A stretch of 63,977 nt of DNA, the filler included, from Hausera hauseri (taxonomy: Eukaryota): assembly GCA_046269625.1 (NCBI GenBank). It is 12 parts of 12 records of this genome, joined end to end, with 100 filler letters (N's around TTAATTAATTAA, not from the genome) between each part and the next. Parts side by side here need not be neighbours in the genome. Positions count along the whole stretch, not along the records: positions 59,514 to 63,977 come from JBJURY010567895.1; 11 more parts are not named here. One strand, written 5' to 3'. Below, piece by piece: positions 61,628 through 63,977 of this stretch. The translations under genes and the position numbers were made by a program. Numbering within the stretch: position 1 is the stretch's first letter; every line of letters begins with the position of its first letter. The notes beneath the pieces are model-generated. The model was not told where the DNA came from. It worked only from the letters and a program-made list of their open reading frames with translations, and ran no database searches.

Positions 61628-63977
61628 ATTATATGAGTAATTCGTTTAAATTATTTTAATTTTAGTCTAGATTTTATTTTACTATTTTGTTATTCTCAGA
61701 AAAGATAATTCTTTAATCACTCGTTCAATTACGTATCTCACAAATCTCACCGAATTAAAATAACTTGCTAGCGACTAAGTTGGCAACACGAGAACTCCCC
61801 AATTACGTTTTAACAAATCTTGCAAAAGTGGAGCACTTCAATGGCCAGAAATATTGTTTTACTCGAGTCCAACAAGGCCTCAAAACTCTATAAGGTTCGT
61901 AAACCTCTGTAGCGGTGATTCAATTTTAATATAAATCGTTCCAACGCTTTTAGCCCCTAGTTTTCTTTTACCTTTATTCAATATTATCAAATCTCAATAA
62001 CTGTAAACTACTTCGAACCCGATCAAGAAGACAAAACCAAATCAATCGCAGTGGAGTAGGACCGCTTAGTAAGAAAAACAAATGTAATTTTATCAGAATT
62101 AAAGAAAAAGAAATTTATCAAACACGATTAAAAAATTGTAGCAATTTAACAAATAGTCCACAACGTTCTAACTACACACAAGCGATTTTTACAAACAAAC
62201 TATTTAGGGCCTTTAGCTAAAAAAAGGAATGACAACTAAAGTATATAAAAAAATAATAGAAGGAAACTAACACCCACTTGACGGTAATACCAGTAATCAG
62301 TCGTAGGAATTCTTTTCTTACAACCAGTTCATAGGCATTTATTTGTACATTCTTTCACAAGAACCATACAATGTATTTTCATTTAAGAGCGTGACGAGAA
62401 CAACATGAAACATGCAACAAAAATATCTATATTATAAATATCATGGTAGCAGGTTATATAGTCTGCTGAAACGTAATTAAAAAAGGTGATTTACACGAAC
62501 ACGAGTGACTTTCACAAAAGATTACAATAACATTTGTTTCATTAACAAAGGCTTATTCGTATCTACATATACATCAAGCAATTCCTGAGCTCATCAGTTC
62601 ATGCTCCATTCATCACTGAACAATAGTTTAATTATTATTTCACCTTACGCGTAGCCGATGAGTGAGATTATAATCAAAACAGATGTCTCAACATAAATAA
62701 TTAATAATCTAATATAAAAATGAAAAAACGCTGTATTTAAAACTTGCAAATCATAACCGGGATTTTTATGGAATATACGTCTGAATTAAAGTATATTATT
62801 TTCTTTGAAAAAATCTAAATGTACTTTTTAATTAAGGTATTTTTCATTAGAATATGAAAGCGTCAATTTTCTTGATTTAAAACTGTTTTTCATTACAAGT
62901 AAAGGACGTTCGCAATATTCCCGTGAATTTTGGGGAGGAAAGAGTATGAAAAGTACAAAGTTATATTAAAAATATGGGAATGCGGGAATTGCGTTTTTAA
63001 TTTACATCTGATACATATTGCAATACACAATGCATTTCAAAATTTTGAAATAAACTACGTTTTTTTTTATATAAACACATATTATTAAGTCATCACGTTT
63101 TTACAGAGTTTAACTTTTAATTCAAAATATAGGAAAGAGCATGTACAATGTAAAAAAAATACCAGACAGGTCTTTTTAATGTTTATTGAAATATAAAATG
63201 CAATAAACAGTGTTAATGAAGCAACAGGAATTAAACATCTCTTCACATATCAAACTCATCAACATGACACTTAAAATCACTTTAAGTTACAGCTAAACAA
63301 TTTATTTTAAAACAATTTGACCAAACTTGTAACTGCTGAAATATCCCATGTATTACTTTTTTTAATAGTGCAATCATTAGCAATGTTACTTGTATAGATA
63401 GCATACAAATAAATGCACAGCATTACAGTAAAAACAGAATATTTTGGTCGAAACACTCAATGGGTATGATACATTGTTCCTTGAGTGGCACTGTCCTGCA
63501 AATTTTGGATGCATCCACTATTCATCACACCTGAACCAAGGTGTGTTAGTTGTTTTAGGAGGGTAGGAGTTGGGTTGCATCTGGGAGATGCAGGACAGTG
63601 GTACTCCAGGACCAATGTTGCCTACTTTTGATAGTCAAGATCAACAACTCAAATCAGTATTTTAGTTTATGTTTAGATTTTAGAGAAACTACTTTAATAT
63701 TTTGGGCTGCATTTCATCTTTAAAATCATTTGTAAGAGCCCCAAAGGATATATTTGACAAAAATAAAACTCAACACAAACAGTTTGAAACTAAGTTTAAA
63801 CTTAACAAGATATAACAAGATATGTGGAATTTTACCTTAAACATTCAGGTGGCTATTCAGGAACACATAAAACAGACCACATCAAAACAAACCAGACAAA
63901 GCTTTTTCCCTTCAGTTAAAGAAAACAAACATCAGAGTTTCCAGAAGCAACAACAGCTGCTCACCTCAGATTTAATC

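Noticed and set aside
62581-62600. CTGATGAG on the minus strand as a hammerhead ribozyme core
   Set aside because: No closing stem II followed by GAAA.

Overview
AT-rich eukaryotic DNA, most likely a flatworm (the EF1-alpha sequence, with its flatworm-like insert [19 protein letters not shown], and introns of about 45-50 bp fit a planarian). It is made of 12 contigs joined by an artificial 100-bp spacer (44N-TTAATTAATTAA-44N), so adjacency across gaps is not biological evidence. Host genes: an intact EF1-alpha, exons of a cyclic-nucleotide-binding-domain gene, a large APC exon with a damaged 3' end, and stacks of decayed gene fragments (ERM/merlin, TTC21B, USPL1-like, ankyrin, HAD). Mobile DNA dominates: several Ty3/Gypsy elements, Polinton pPolB and integrase, mariner, hAT, piggyBac, LINEs, a tRNA-derived SINE and a 4.9-kb TTCG satellite. 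The most interesting signals are retroelement-like sequences carrying unusual cargo. (1) A decayed polyprotein ordered ubiquitin-like domain, Bcl-2-like domain, hydrophobic anchor/signal, chuvirus-type fusion glycoprotein (15282-17331). (2) A Gypsy family, present twice, in which Pol runs into a three-FN3-like type-I membrane protein, followed by a splice-acceptor-led accessory ORF ending in a RING finger. (3) A Gypsy Gag preceded by a ubiquitin-like leader ending LRIRGG. (4) A 143-bp MITE with Polinton-type AGTAGT ends and a 6-bp TSD. All homology calls come from manual motif recognition; no searches were run.
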